Source: Ginglymostoma cirratum
Lineage: Eukaryota
DNA: 64,000 nt
Reading direction: 5' to 3'
NCBI GenBank assembly: GCA_024137785.1
Contig: JAHRHZ010000034.1
Coordinates: forward strand, 25,142,427-25,206,426
The notes under the pieces were generated by a model that saw only the letters and a list, made by a program, of their open reading frames with translations, did not search any database and was not told where the DNA came from. Positions 36,822 through 49,000 of the stretch are shown here, in pieces. The position numbers were made by a program, and so were the translations under genes. Numbering within the stretch: position 1 is the stretch's first letter; every line of letters begins with the position of its first letter.

Positions 36822-37168
36822 GGGGAGGATGTGGTGTCGTTGTAGTGTCACCGGACTAGAAATCCCGAACTCCAGGCTAATGCTCGGGACAATTGGTTCA
36901 AATCCCACAATGGCAGTTGGCAAAATTTCAATTCAATAAAATCTGGAATAAAGAGCTGGCCTAATAGCGACTATGTAATCACTGTTGTAAATACTCATCT
37001 AGTTCACAAATTTCCTTTGGGGAAAGAATTCTTCCATCATTCTCTGATCCAGCCACATGTGACACACAGCAATGTGGACAATTCTTAAACTGCTGTCTGG
37101 GCAATTAGGGATGAGCTATAAATGCTGGCCTGGCCAACAATACCCACATTCCACAAACATTTTTTTAA
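36822..37168 (+). mobile_element. tRNA-derived SINE (family of 8765-9118)
   Basis: ggttcaaatcccacaatggcag...gggcaattagggatgagctataaatgctggcctggcc...cccacattcc. Confidence 0.8.
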
Positions 37169-38769
37169 AATCATGCAGTTTAACCATGGTGAAGTCTGCA
37201 CATTCATCTGAATTGATGCCACCATGCAACTAACCCCAGGAAGCTGATAGCTGGTTTGATTCTCAGCTCCTTCTTGGTCCTTAAATGTGGCAGTTAATGC
37301 TGATCATATATATTGCACTGTGAGAACTCCGGTAGAATCTCCTTTATAATCAACTGAAGAAGCCTGGAATAATTGAGACTTGAACAGTTCTCGCAAGACA
37401 AAATGGGAAAAGACAATTCTGATTTTCTGACCTTTTGGTCCTCTGTATTAGCCAACGCAAGACAGCTTTGTTTGTAATCATAGAACTAGCAACCACAGTT
37501 TAACAAAGCTAATCCCTAACACGGAGACTAGGTTGCTCTATTTCTGGTAGTACATCACCTTCAGGCTTTCTGTGTCCATGTACACCACTTGATTTGAAAA
37601 CCAGCCTCTGGAGACCAAACATGACATGAAAGGAACAAAAATCAAACCCACGGGACCTGGAATGGGGTCCAGATGTCAGATAATCAAGGAAGAATTTAAC
37701 AAGTTTAAACATATATTTTGGCAAGACTTGTGCAGCTACAGTTTCTTATACTCCAGAGATAAGAATACGGATAGGTCTCAAATTCACACTAAAATTCTTT
37801 AAATTGTCAGTATCTTGTTACACTGTGTTACATACATGTATATTGTAGGAACATTACCTCATTGGTGGGCCATGTAAGGGTTTCATTTTTAAGACTGGGA
37901 ATTATGTCATTTTGATCTACAGCAAAGAACATTCAGTCAACTTAACTCACAAGAGTTGTTCACACTTCCTTTCTGCAAACCAAGAATCCATCAGATTTCT
38001 CATATGAGAACATTAACAAGGAACATTTGCTGAAGAAAAGTGGCCTAATTTAAAATTGATCGCACTTCTACAATACATACCTTGGAAATGACAGTTCCAA
38101 TATCAGTCAGCAGGTACCTAATCCATTCATATGGCCTCCCTCTGTTTGCTGTTCTAACAGACGCATAACATGTAAAATAAGCTTAAATCCTAATGTGAAT
38201 CATTAAACAGATCATTCGCAAATCCTTTCAGTTGAATAAACTATTGCCACCTGTAAACCCTTGAATTTGATGTAATTAAATGAAAGGTAGCCTCGACTGA
38301 AATGCTCTGTGAAGTAAAGAGTTATTACCAAAATGTCCCTTAAAATAGTTTAGAAGTTCTGGTTGTATCATCTTGGATGTTGAAAGCTTTCATGGGAATT
38401 TCAGGACCACTTTATTGTGCAAAAAGATTCGAGGTAATAGTTTTAATCAATTTGGATTGTTTCCAAACAAATCATTATGAAATGGTAATTGTTTCAAACA
38501 ATCCCTATAGAATTACAATGTTTGGAGTCTTTGTGAAGTTCACTCTATCTGTAATGGTATATGAAAATGCTTCTGTTATATTGATGTTAGCAGAGAAAGA
38601 GCACCTCAATGGCAAAAGGGCATATGAAGAACTCCCTGATTGTCTCTTTTGAATGTTGAATATTTGGATCTTCCTTAGTCTGCAGAGGAAACAGTTTGAG
38701 CCTTATTTTAATAGCTCATCCAAAGAATGTACCAACTCAACACTTCCTTCATTGGCAGCAGCAGTGACT

Positions 38770-41160
38770 GTCCTTTGATTCGAGGATTACACCTAGTCAT
38801 GAGTTTACTAAATAGACTACATAGGCCAATTCTCGATCAGCAGATCTTTGGAAATGTGGGCCAAGATTTACCACAAGACATTGGGATCTAGAGTGCAGGA
38901 GTTGCTCTGTGACACCACTCTGCCCTATCTGTGACTCCAAACGTGAGGTAGTTTGATGAACAAGTCACCATTTTGAAAGATTGTTGGCGTGCTCTTTCCC
39001 GTCATTAATGGCAACGCTGCCACCATCAAGGAGAGCTGCAGAGAATCATTGAAGTGTTTTCTTCATTTCCCCACTGGAACACAGTCCATTTGAGAGTTCA
39101 AAATGGAGGACTCAGCGGGGCAAGAAACCTTTTGACTAGGCAGACTCACTAATCAGTCCATCATTGTTGATTTTACAAGAGTTTTGCCTGAATGGAGATG
39201 GATTCGAGGAGGACCAAGCATTAGATCCTTCCATTGAATCTGGAGAATGTGGTGATAATATTGCTGGTGGCATTTCACCAGCACTCTTATCGCTCACTGA
39301 TATGCAATCTAGTTTTCACGGCAATACTTGAGTGTGATGATGACAACTGACAATATAATATGACTTTTGTTGACTTGCTGAAGTCATTGTTGTCAAACAA
39401 CACACTGCAGTAGTTTATCAAAGTACATCTAGTCCACTGTGGCATTTCATTGTCCCTGGTTGAGTTTTGAGAGAGGCAAGACAGAGGAAGTGCTCACCAT
39501 ATTCCCAAGTTGAATATTTGACTAACCAGGAGTGTGTTGATGTGAGTTTTCTGTTGGTAACATTGTGTGGGCTGCAGATACCTGAGAACACCACCACCCA
39601 CAAGTTGCCCTCCAAGCCACTCATCATCCTGACTTGGAAACATACAGCCATTCCTTCTCTGTCGCTGAGTCAAAGTCCTGGAATTCCCTCCCCAAAGGCA
39701 TTGTGGGTCAGCCCACAGCACACGGACAGCAGCGGTTCAAGAAGGCAGCTCACTAATACCTTCTCAGGGCAATTAGGGATGGTCAATAAATGCTGGCCCA
39801 GCCAGTAACACACCTGTTACATGAGAAATGAAGAAAAAATTCAAACCAGGCCGAGTTTATTGCCCAGAGAATTGAAGAGATTGAGGTTGGCTTGAAACTC
39901 TGCTGTGGATGAGCAAGGACGCAACAGTGATCTGCAAACTGTAGGTCACGTTGTCATTGCTGGTCAGCTTACTTTTTCACACAGAGGTGACTGAGGTTAA
40001 AACATTTTCTACCTTGCTGACATCTAGCCAGTGGACAGTCGATCATTGTGGAAGTGAATAGTTGGTGACAAGTAGGTTGTAAGTGTACTTGGTCAGATGT
40101 TTTAGTCATATTGATGAACACAGTAAAGAGTTCCTGGCGGTGTTCTCAATATTTCTGTCGGATTTGTCTAACAACAAAAGCCAGAGGTTCCTCTGGAATA
40201 TCTGAAGCCACACTACATCTCTGGCAGGATTTCCTCAGTCGCAGGAAGGAGGTGATTCAGGAGAATGTGTGTCAGGATTTTCCCTGGTGTGGAGAAGAGG
40301 GAAATAATTTGATTGTTTCCACAGAATGATTTATCTTCCTTCTTGAAGGAAGTTGTTATTGTTGCGTTTCTGAAGTAGGGAGGGGAGTTCTTCTTCGTCC
40401 GAAATCTGTGGTAGTAAGGCGTAGAATCTGAATGTGAGCAGAAGTTCATTACCTTTGAAGACCTTAGCTTGAATACATCAGGGCTGCAGGCTTTGTTGTT
40501 CTTCATCTGGTTAATTGCTTATTGCAGTTTTCCCACTGATGGTGATTCAGTAACAGATTCAGTGCAAGGTAATGGGGCTAGATAGCCTGGTTGAAGAGGT
40601 GTTGAAAGTGTTATTTCCAGTGTTGAAGAAGGCCATTGCCACCTACAGGAAGAGAACTACTATCCTGCTCAAAGATGGTCCTGATGGCTACAAAAAAACT
40701 TTGCCATGATCATCAGCAAATTCTTGGATTTGGGGCATTCTCTTTACACCACATGCGCTCCTTTATCTCTCTGGTCAAAGCCTGCACATGACTTTGCTCA
40801 ATGTAAAGGACTTTGGGAACCTATCATGGTTCGCATGACCTTGATGGGTTGGTGGTCTGATTTTACAGACATATGAGACCCCGATAATCACCTTGCCAAT
40901 GTATTTCTCCCGTCTACGCCACAATGTTTGCTTGTTTTTGGGCAAAGGACTGTGCGCCAGCCCCTGACTCTGCTGCCAAGGGTGGTCCTACCAGAAACTA
41001 GGGGCTCACAACAACATCAGTCGGGTGCACAAGTCTCTCCGGCATCTCAAAGTGACAATTCATGGAGGGGTGGGTGGAGGAATCACCTCCTTCCTACTGT
41101 ATTCAAATTTCAGTTTGAATTAAGGGCTCAACTCCTGGACGGGGAGAAAAACCCACAGTC
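38770..41160 (-). mobile_element. Highly degenerate RTE-clade LINE
   Basis: Minus ORF ...FRNATITTSFKKEDKSFCGNNQIISLFSTPGKILTHILLNHLL..EEILPEM(*CGF) matches the RTE consensus FRDATIVTLFKKGD...CGNYRGISLLS..GKILARILLNRL...LPE.QCGF. Borders approximate. Confidence 0.65.
39570..39840 (+). mobile_element. 3' end of the 61540-family LINE nested in the RTE
   Basis: catcctgacttggaaac...gcggttcaagaaggcagctcac...gggcaattagggatggtcaataaatgctggcccagccag. Confidence 0.85.
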
Positions 41161-43269
41161 TACTGACTAGAACATGAGACTATAAGCAGCTGAGCCAAGC
41201 TGTAAGCGTCAGCCAACTGAGTGAACATAACCATACCTGTCTTTTAGAGAAACAGCCCAAATGAGTTCTCTCTGCTCACTCTGTCTTTTCTGTCTTCAGT
41301 TCACTGGCGGTAATTTGGTGGACTGTAACCATTCTGCAGTCCCGTAATCACTTTTCAGTCAATTAAAATCAAGAGAGGTATTTATTGTCCACCGGGAGTT
41401 GTACTGAGAATGTGATGGTGGGTAGCTTGATAGTCACTTGAAAGTGAACTATGATGATGTGGAATGGTGTTGGCTAAATCAAAAAAAATGGTAAGTTCAA
41501 GTCCCTTAGGAGATATTAGCTGGATATTTTCAATAATTTAATAGCTTTATGATCACTTTTACTGATGCCAGATTTTTATTTCCAGATTACCTTTCTAAAC
41601 TGAGTTCATACTTCCGAGCTACCGTGCTGAGCATTGAACTCAATTTCCAGACCAATGGCCTAGTTCAAGTCGATAAAATTTATTGCTTTGCCACCCCACT
41701 GCAACTAATTGAGACGGTTAAATTTCAGCATATTAAGGTGCAACAGAGTGAAAGATTTTTGAAGCAAAATAATGTGGATGCTGGAAATATGACCTGAAAA
41801 CACAGCAAGATCTGAAAATGCTCAGCAGGTCTGGCAGCAGCTGTGGGCAGAAAAACCAAGTTAATATTTCAAATTGAATGTGGAGTTTTCCCAGCATTTT
41901 CAGTTAAAGATTTTATTCCGTAATTATTGAGGAGCAGCATCACAGACTGAGATACCATTTCAATTTCATGTGGTTGACATCAAAACAATGTAGTCCCTGG
42001 GTTGTTCACGTATTAATTCTTTTGGCATTATTTCAATGTTTGGACTTTTTGTGGTTGCTCAGGATTGAGAAAATCAATTTTCTTATTCTTGTTGGTATGT
42101 TATGAGTATTGTCATAACTCAAACAAGGGATAGAATTGAAAATTAGGTCCAGAATAATCCTAGCAGCATCAATGTGCATGTCAAATGTGCATGTTATGAT
42201 TCTGATTATCACAGGTTCTACTGTGAAGAGGAATATACAGTATTTCATAAAGTTGTGAAATTGGGATACAGTGTTTTATTGCTGGTCTGCTAAACTGGGT
42301 GAATATATAAACACATGGTGTAAATTAGTGTAAAAAAACTGATTGTTAAGATTTCTATGTAAGTTGTTGTGTATTCTGAGTCAATTAACTTCTACTCTGC
42401 CATTATTGTCCTACCAAGTGAAAAAAAACTATTCAAATTAATTTCAAATGACCCGTTTCAATATTATATTTAACTACTTCATTAATTGAAATGTTTCCTT
42501 GTCAAGAAAAGACAATTGATTATTTGGACTATGTTATAATGAAAAAAAGACTTGAACATTGTTGACGTGACTGCTGACATTCTGTGGTATTAATGCAAAA
42601 CCTCACTGCTCCAGTATCATGAACAGCTGTACAGAGAAGTAAAAGTAAACCATTGCCCGGCTGGAGTTTTGTGCACGTCTCCGCAGCAATACAGTTAACT
42701 ATAAATAGAGATCCTTATCCAGCCTGGGATTTGAGTTCCGCCACAGCTGATAAAGCTTCAAGATAGTGGACAATATATCCTAAAGTAATCACACTTCAAC
42801 AACACACTAAAGACATGAAAAAAGCTGAGAATCCTCAATGCTGATTGTACAAAGAAAGTCTTTTAGCCCTAAACACTATTCTTTCCTCTGAAGACTAAAA
42901 TCCAAAATAAGTTTTAGCAGTGACTGATAAAGATCTAATTTTTACTGCTGACTGTTAAATACGTCAAACAAAAAAGAAGTCTCTTTGCCTCAGGGTAGAC
43001 TTCAATAGATCTCTATCCGCAATGCTAAATTGCATTCTGAGCTGCATTAGAAGTGAAATGTTGAAATTATCAGAGTTATATGGGGCATTGAAGGGCATTC
43101 TGTTGCCCAGTTGAGCAACTTTGGGAATATCTATCATAACCACCACCTCACAGTAAAGACAGTAATTATTGGTACTGGCAGCAAATTAAAATTAAAATGT
43201 TCTCTAAATTTTTCCTTTCACTGAGTTTTCTCCTTTTCTCTTAAATTTGATTAATTTAAGATACAGTGA

Positions 43270-43500
43270 GTATCAGCTGAGGTTCAGTTGGTTGCATGTT
43301 GCCTCTGAGCCACAAAGTTCCAAGTTCAACTCCGGAGATTTGACCACAGAGATCAAGGCTCTCACTCCAGTGCAGGAGAGCTGCTCTGCCAAAGGCGCCA
43401 TCTTTTGGATGAGGTGTTAATTCAGTACCTTCTCAGGTAAACATAAAAAGTCCTGTGAGGCTATTTTGAAGAAGAATGTCAGAGTTACTCCACCATCTTG
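43270..43500 (+). mobile_element. SacSINE1-like Deu-SINE, 5' part
   Basis: gcctctgagccacaaagttccaagttca...ctccagtgcag...tcttttggatgaggtgttaa...ctcaggtaaacataaaaagtcc...ctattttgaagaaga. Confidence 0.65.
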
Positions 43501-43502
43501 GT

Positions 43503-43700
43503 AATTACCCAGAAGCATCGGAAGCTCATAGTTCCTGATGCTTTCTCCATGGCAGTGCCTCAACCAATCAGAGTCTACTTGCCAACCAGTTGGCAGCCCT
43601 TTTCTCTTTTGGCATAAGTTGTTATGATCATTTGAATTTTGGCATTCTTGTGTTTGTCCTGATGATCAGATGGCAAAAAGCTTTGACAACATTTCTATGT
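43503..43700 (+). mobile_element. Distinct pLTR-like unit with degenerate hammerhead
   Basis: gtttgtc-CTGATGA-tcagatggc-aAAAagcttt-gacaac: stem I ttgtc/gacaa, palindromic AAGCTT stem III, GAAA box decayed. Upstream ccaatcag box. Confidence 0.45.
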
Positions 43701-43984
43701 TTTTAACTATATTCAAGTTCTATGCTACTAAACTTTGTTGCTGTTTAATGCCTCAAGTTAAAAATACTATGATTCTCACAAAGTTAGGCCAATTTGGGAA
43801 GACTTTTACATTCACAGGGGGGATCCAGTTCCTTATTCCCATTTCTGGTAATATTTGACTACACCGAATAAGAGTGTTGGTAGTGAGCCTACAAGTAGCA
43901 CTCCTACATTTTCTGGCTCATTAAAAGTTAGGAATCACTAATTATTGCTTGCTGAGACCTGAGTGCTTTAGCCATACATAAACA

Positions 43985-46010
43985 TAGCAAAACTCAAGAC
44001 CTAGGAGCAGGAATAGGCCAATCAGCTGTTCAAGTATGTCCTGTCATTCTATAATTGATCTGCCACAGGCCACAACTCCTCTTTAATGCCATTTCTTCAT
44101 AGCCCTCAACTCCTTGATATCTCAAATATCTATCTACCTCCTCTATTTATATTTGCAGTGATCTGGGATCCACAACTCTCTGGGTAGAGAATTCCAGACA
44201 TTCATTACCCTCTGAGAGAAAAAAATTCCTTCACAAGAGTGGCACGGTAGCTCAGTGGGTTCGATTCCACCCTCAGGCCTGTGTCTGTGTGGGTTTCCTC
44301 CGGGTGCTCCGGTATCCTCCCACAGTCCAAAGATGTGCAGGCTAGGTGGATTGGCCATGCTAAATTGCCCGTAGTGCTCAGGAATATTTAGGTTAGGTGG
44401 GTTATACATGGAAAATGTCGGAGAGTGGGTAGGGGGTGGGATGCTGTTCGGTGGGGCGGTGTGGACTTGTTGGGCCGAAAGGCCTGTTTCCACACTGCAG
44501 GGATTCAATGATCTGTGATTTCAGTATTAAACGAGTGTTTTTGAATACGGGGACAATGTTCCTTTGTTCAAGATTCCCCTACCAGTGGAAACATCTTCTC
44601 AACACCAACCCTCTGAAGCTCCTCAGATTCTTATATGTTTCAATAAGATTTCCTATCATTCTTCTAAACTTTAATGAATAAAGACCTAGCCTCCTTAGCC
44701 ATTCTTGATAAGTCAAACCCTTCATCCTATGAATTAACCTAGTAAATCTCTTTTGAACTGCCTCCAATACCAATACTTCCCTATTTTTAAAAGCAGGGAG
44801 CAGAACTGTACACAGTAGTCCAGGTGCGACTTCAAAATCACCCTGTACAGTTGTAACAAACCTTCCATACTTTTAAGCTCCAACGTCCTAGCAATAAAGG
44901 CCAAAGTTCAATTTACCTTCTTAATTACTTGCTGCAACTGCACACTAACCTTTTTGTTTCATTTGCAAGAACACCCAGATTCCTCTGTCACTCTGACCTT
45001 CCACAAAGTCATTAATGTACATCATAAATAATTAAGGCTCTAGGACCGATCGTTGCAGGACCCCACTGCTTATGTCTTTTCAAACTGAAAAAAAACCCGT
45101 TAGTCCTGACTCTGTATCTTTTGTGTGTTGACCAATCCTCAATTCGTGCAAATACATTACCCCCAATATTAGGAGCTCCTATCAGATACAGTAACCTTTT
45201 AATGTGGTACCTTACCGAATGTCTTCTAGAAATTCAAATAAACAATTTCCTTTTCACAAAAACATGCTGACTGTGTTTGATTGTGTTAAGCTTTTCTAAG
45301 TGTCTTGCAACTTCTCCCTTAGTAATGGACTTGTAGAATTTTCCTAATGACACATATTAAACTAACTGGACAATAGTTCTCTGTCTCCCTCACTTCTTGA
45401 ACAGAGTGCCACATTTGCAGTTTTCCAATCTGGTGGAACCCCTCCCATCCCGGAATCCAGTGAGTTCTGGAATATTTTGATCAATGTCTCCACCATCTCT
45501 ACAGACACTTACATTAAAACTCTTGGATGAGGCCATCAGGTCCAGGTGTCTTGTCTGTCCTCAGTCCCATTAGTTTGTCAACTACTTTGTTCCTCTTGAT
45601 AGGGATTGTTATAATATCTCTTCTCCCATTAGTATCTTGTTTATCGGTTATCTTTGGGATATCTGTCATGTCTTTCACGACGATGGCTGATGTAAAATAT
45701 TAGTTTAAAATATTTGCCATTTCCCTATTTTCCTTTATCAATTCCACAGTTGCATCCCTCAAGGATCCTGCACTCACTTTAGCTACTCCTTTTATATACC
45801 ATTAGAAGCTCTTGGCTGTTTACTTTTATATTTCTTGGTGATTTATTTTCATGTTCAATTTTTTTCTCTTTTTCTTAGCTTTTTAGTCTGTTGACAATTC
45901 GTAAAAATGGTCCGATCCTCTGGCCTACCATTGGTTTTCATAGCTTTGTCTGTCTTAGTTTTTGGTTTGATTGTTAACCAAGGGTGGTTCATCCACCTCA
46001 TTGAGTCCTT
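43985..46010 (-). mobile_element. CR1 LINE, about 1.8 kb degenerate ORF2 3' part
   Basis: Minus ORF LEAVQKRFTRLIHRMKGLTYQEWLRRLGLYSLKFRRMIGNLIETYK; ggatgaggccatcaggtccagg is reverse PGPDG.HP. Confidence 0.88.
44238..44512 (+). mobile_element. HE1 V-SINE (internally deleted) nested in CR1
   Basis: V-domain gggtttcctccgggtgctccggt.tcctcccacagtccaaagatgtgcagg.taggtggattggccatgctaaattgccc and tail ttgggccgaaaggcctgtttccacactg. Confidence 0.88.
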
Positions 46011-46389
46011 GTCACATATCACATTCTCCATGGAATTACAGTTCTTATAGCACACAGTCTACTGTTGTTCTCAATTTCCAGTGTCAATGATATGGATACT
46101 GCAGTTTGGCTTTCATGTTTTGGTGTAGAGAGGAGCAAAGACAGCTAGGATTCCTGCTCCTGGATATAATCACGTGACTCCTACAGGCAAGTATGACTAT
46201 CGGGTGGGAACAGGTTTGACTGAAAAACTGCTCCACAGTCTAGGTTGCTGGGTGCTGAAAGAAGCGCCCTTAGAGTCTTACTATCCCTTAGAGTCACGTC
46301 CTTAACATGAGTCATTGTGGGACAGAGTGGAACAAATATGAAGAATAGGCAACTTGCCTGATCTGTGATCTTCTCTTTCATGTTTACAG

Positions 46390-46534
46390 ATATTTCAAGG
46401 CAACACCAATCCCAAAGACATTGCTTTAAGGCAGTTTCCTCAGACAATCTTGACACGATACGTTCGCATAAGGCCACAGACATGGCAGGGTGGTGTTGCA
46501 CTTCGGTTTGAGCTATATGGATGCAAGATTACAG
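46390..46534 (+). CDS. NRP1: Neuropilin-1-like exon (equivalent to exon 8): end of b1. Not in the supplied ORF track
   Basis: ttctctttcatgtttacag|ATA ... ACAG|gtaaag, 145 nt, phase 0-1. IFQGNTNPKDIALRQFPQTILTRYVRIRPQTWQGGVALRFELYGCKIT. Confidence 0.96.
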
Positions 46535-46744
46535 GTAAAGAGTCAACTTGTGAGAAATCTGAATGTTAATAATAGTTTGCTCACTCAGACAAACCATAAA
46601 CTCCACTTACAAAGAACTAACTGTTTTCTACAATACCAACCATCTTTTCCACAACTTGATTTTTAGCCAGTTGAGTATCGACTGAAGGAGGAAACAGTGT
46701 TCACCATGTTTAGAAATCCCAGAAACAAGTTACTGACGAATGAA

Positions 46745-47060
46745 ACAAAAAAAAATTCACACTTAAGATGTAAGTGTTACTGACTAGGCCAGCATCTACT
46801 ATCCACCATTAGTTTCCCTTGAGCAAGTGGCAGTGAGCTGCCTACAACTGAGTAACTTGCGAGGCCATTTCAGAGGGCATTTCAGAATCATCCACAGATG
46901 CGTGGAGCTGGAGTCAAATGTAGGCCAGATTAGATGAAGTTAGAGATTTCCCGTCCTGAAAGATTTGACTGAATCAGATGGGCTTTTGCAATAGTCATTG
47001 TTAACGAGACTAACAGTTTATACCAGTGTTATTAATTGAATTTAAGTTCAATGAAACATG
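46745..47060 (-). mobile_element. Long form of the tRNA-derived SINE (LINE-5' part plus LINE-3' part)
   Basis: Minus strand: SINE body ...gccctctgaaatggcctcgcaagttactcagttg then directly the LINE tail ggcagctcactgccacttgctcaaggg...gatgctggcctagtcag. Confidence 0.72.
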
Positions 47061-47156
47061 ACTCCAGGAGGGTGTGTTTCCGCCTCAGTGCCAGGGTTCA
47101 GAGTGTCACAGAGGAGCTGCTCAATCCTGTAGGTCTGAAACCAGTCCCAAAAATAC

Positions 47157-49000
47157 TGACTGCTTCAGTATGTGAGGAGTTGCAAATGGTCCTGAACATT
47201 CTGTACTCACTGGCAAACATCCCCACTTCTGACCTTATGATGGAGGGAAGGTCATTGACATAGCAGCTGAAGATGGTTGGGCCCGGGACACTACCCTGAG
47301 GAACTCCTGGAGAGATGTCCTGGAGCTGAGATGACTGACCGCCAACAACGACAACCATCTTCATATGTGTCAAGTATGACCCTAACCACCGGAGAGTTTG
47401 CCCGCGATGCCCGTTGATTCCAGTTCTGCTCGGGCTCCTTGATGCCACACTCAGTCGAATGCAGCTTTGATGTCAGGGGCTGTCACTCTCACCTCACCTC
47501 TAGAATTCAGCTCTCCTGTCCATGTTTGAACCGAGGCTGCAATGAGGTCAGGAGCTGAGGTCAGGCGGAACCCAAACTGGGTGTCACTGAGCAGGTTATT
47601 GCTGAGTAGATGCTGCTTGATAGCACTGTTTTTATCACTTTACTGGTGATCGACAGTACATTGACGGGGCAATAATTGGCTGGGTTGGATTTGTCCTGCT
47701 TTTTATATACAGGACATACTTGGGCAATATTCCACATTGTTGGATAGATACCAGTGTTGTAACTGTACTGGAACAGCTTGGCTAGGGGAGTGACAGGTTC
47801 TGGAGCACAAGTCTTCAGTCCTCTTGGTGGAATGTTATCAGGGTGTATAGCCTTTGCAGTACCCCACAGTGCCTCGTGGATGCCCAGTCTTGAGTTGCTA
47901 GATTTGTGCGAAGTCTGTCCCATTTAGCACGGTGATAGTGCCACACAACACGATGGAGGTTGTTCTCAATGTGAAGGCAGGACTTTGTCTCCACAAGGAC
48001 TGTGCGATGGTCACACTTACCGATATTGTCATAGACAGATGCAACTGCAGCTGGCAGATTTGGAAGGATGGGGTCAAGTGTGCTTTACCCTCTTGTTGGT
48101 TCTCTCACCACCTGCTGCAGACTCAGTCGAACAGCTGCATCCTTTAGGACGTAACCAGCTCGATCAGTAGTACTGCTGCCAAGCCATTAGAATCATTAGA
48201 ATCCCCCACCCAAAGGACTGTGCTTCCTCTAAGTGTTGTTCAACATGGAGGAGTACTGATTCATTAGCTGAGGGAGGATGGTATGTGGTAATCAGCAGGA
48301 TGTTTCCTTCCCCATGTTTAACCTGAAGCCATGAGACTTCATGGGATCTGAAGTCAATGTTGAGGACTCCTAGAGCAACACCCTCCCAACTGTATACCAC
48401 TGCGCTGCCACCTCTGCTCGGTCTGCCCTGCCGGTGGGACAGGACCTATCCAGGGATGGTGATGGCGCTGTCTGGGACATTGTCTGTAAGGTATGATTCT
48501 GAGAGTATGACTATGTCAGGCTATTGCTTGACTAGTCCCAATTTTGGCACTAGGCCCCAAATGTTAGTGAGGAGGACTTTGCAGGGTTGACAGAGCTGTT
48601 TCTGCCGTTGTCTTTTCTGGTGCCTAGGTTGATGCCAGATAATTCGTCTGGTTTCATTTCTTTGAGACTTTGTAGTGATTGGTACAACTGAGTGGCTTCC
48701 TGGACAACTTCAGAGGGCAATTGAGAGTCAACTGCATTGCTGTGGTCTGCAGACACATGTAGGCCAGACCAGGTGAGGATGGCTGTTTTCTTCCCTGAAG
48801 GACATTAGTGAACCAGGTGGGTTTTTCTGAGAATTGACAATGATTTCATGGTCATCAGTAGATTCTTAATTCCAGAATTTTTTTTATTATCAAATTCATA
48901 TCCTACCACCTGCCTTGGCAGGATTCAAACCTGGGCCCCCAGAATGTTACCTGGGTCTCTGGATTAAAAGTCTAGCGGTAACACCACTTGGCCATCGCCT
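47157..49000 (-). mobile_element. CR1/L2-group LINE with tRNA-derived 5' head, APE endonuclease and RT (internally deleted, 3'-truncated)
   Basis: A-box TGGCCAAGTGG (48984-48994), B-box GGTTTGAATCC (48921-48931). APE N-terminus KVLLTNIWGLVPKLG..PDIVILSESYLTDNVPDSAITIPG..RGGSAVVYSWEG..LLITTYHPPS. RT motifs KQDKSNPANYCP and GVPQGSVPGPTIFSCYVNDLP. Confidence 0.88.

Noticed and set aside
39327-39350. LECDDDN resembling the ECDDD of human NRP1 exon 11
   Set aside because: Wrong position (between exons 7 and 8), followed immediately by TGA, and inside an antisense RTE remnant.
38770-41160. RTE as evidence of horizontal transfer
   Set aside because: The copy is too decayed to assign beyond clade; there is no basis for a transfer claim without a search.
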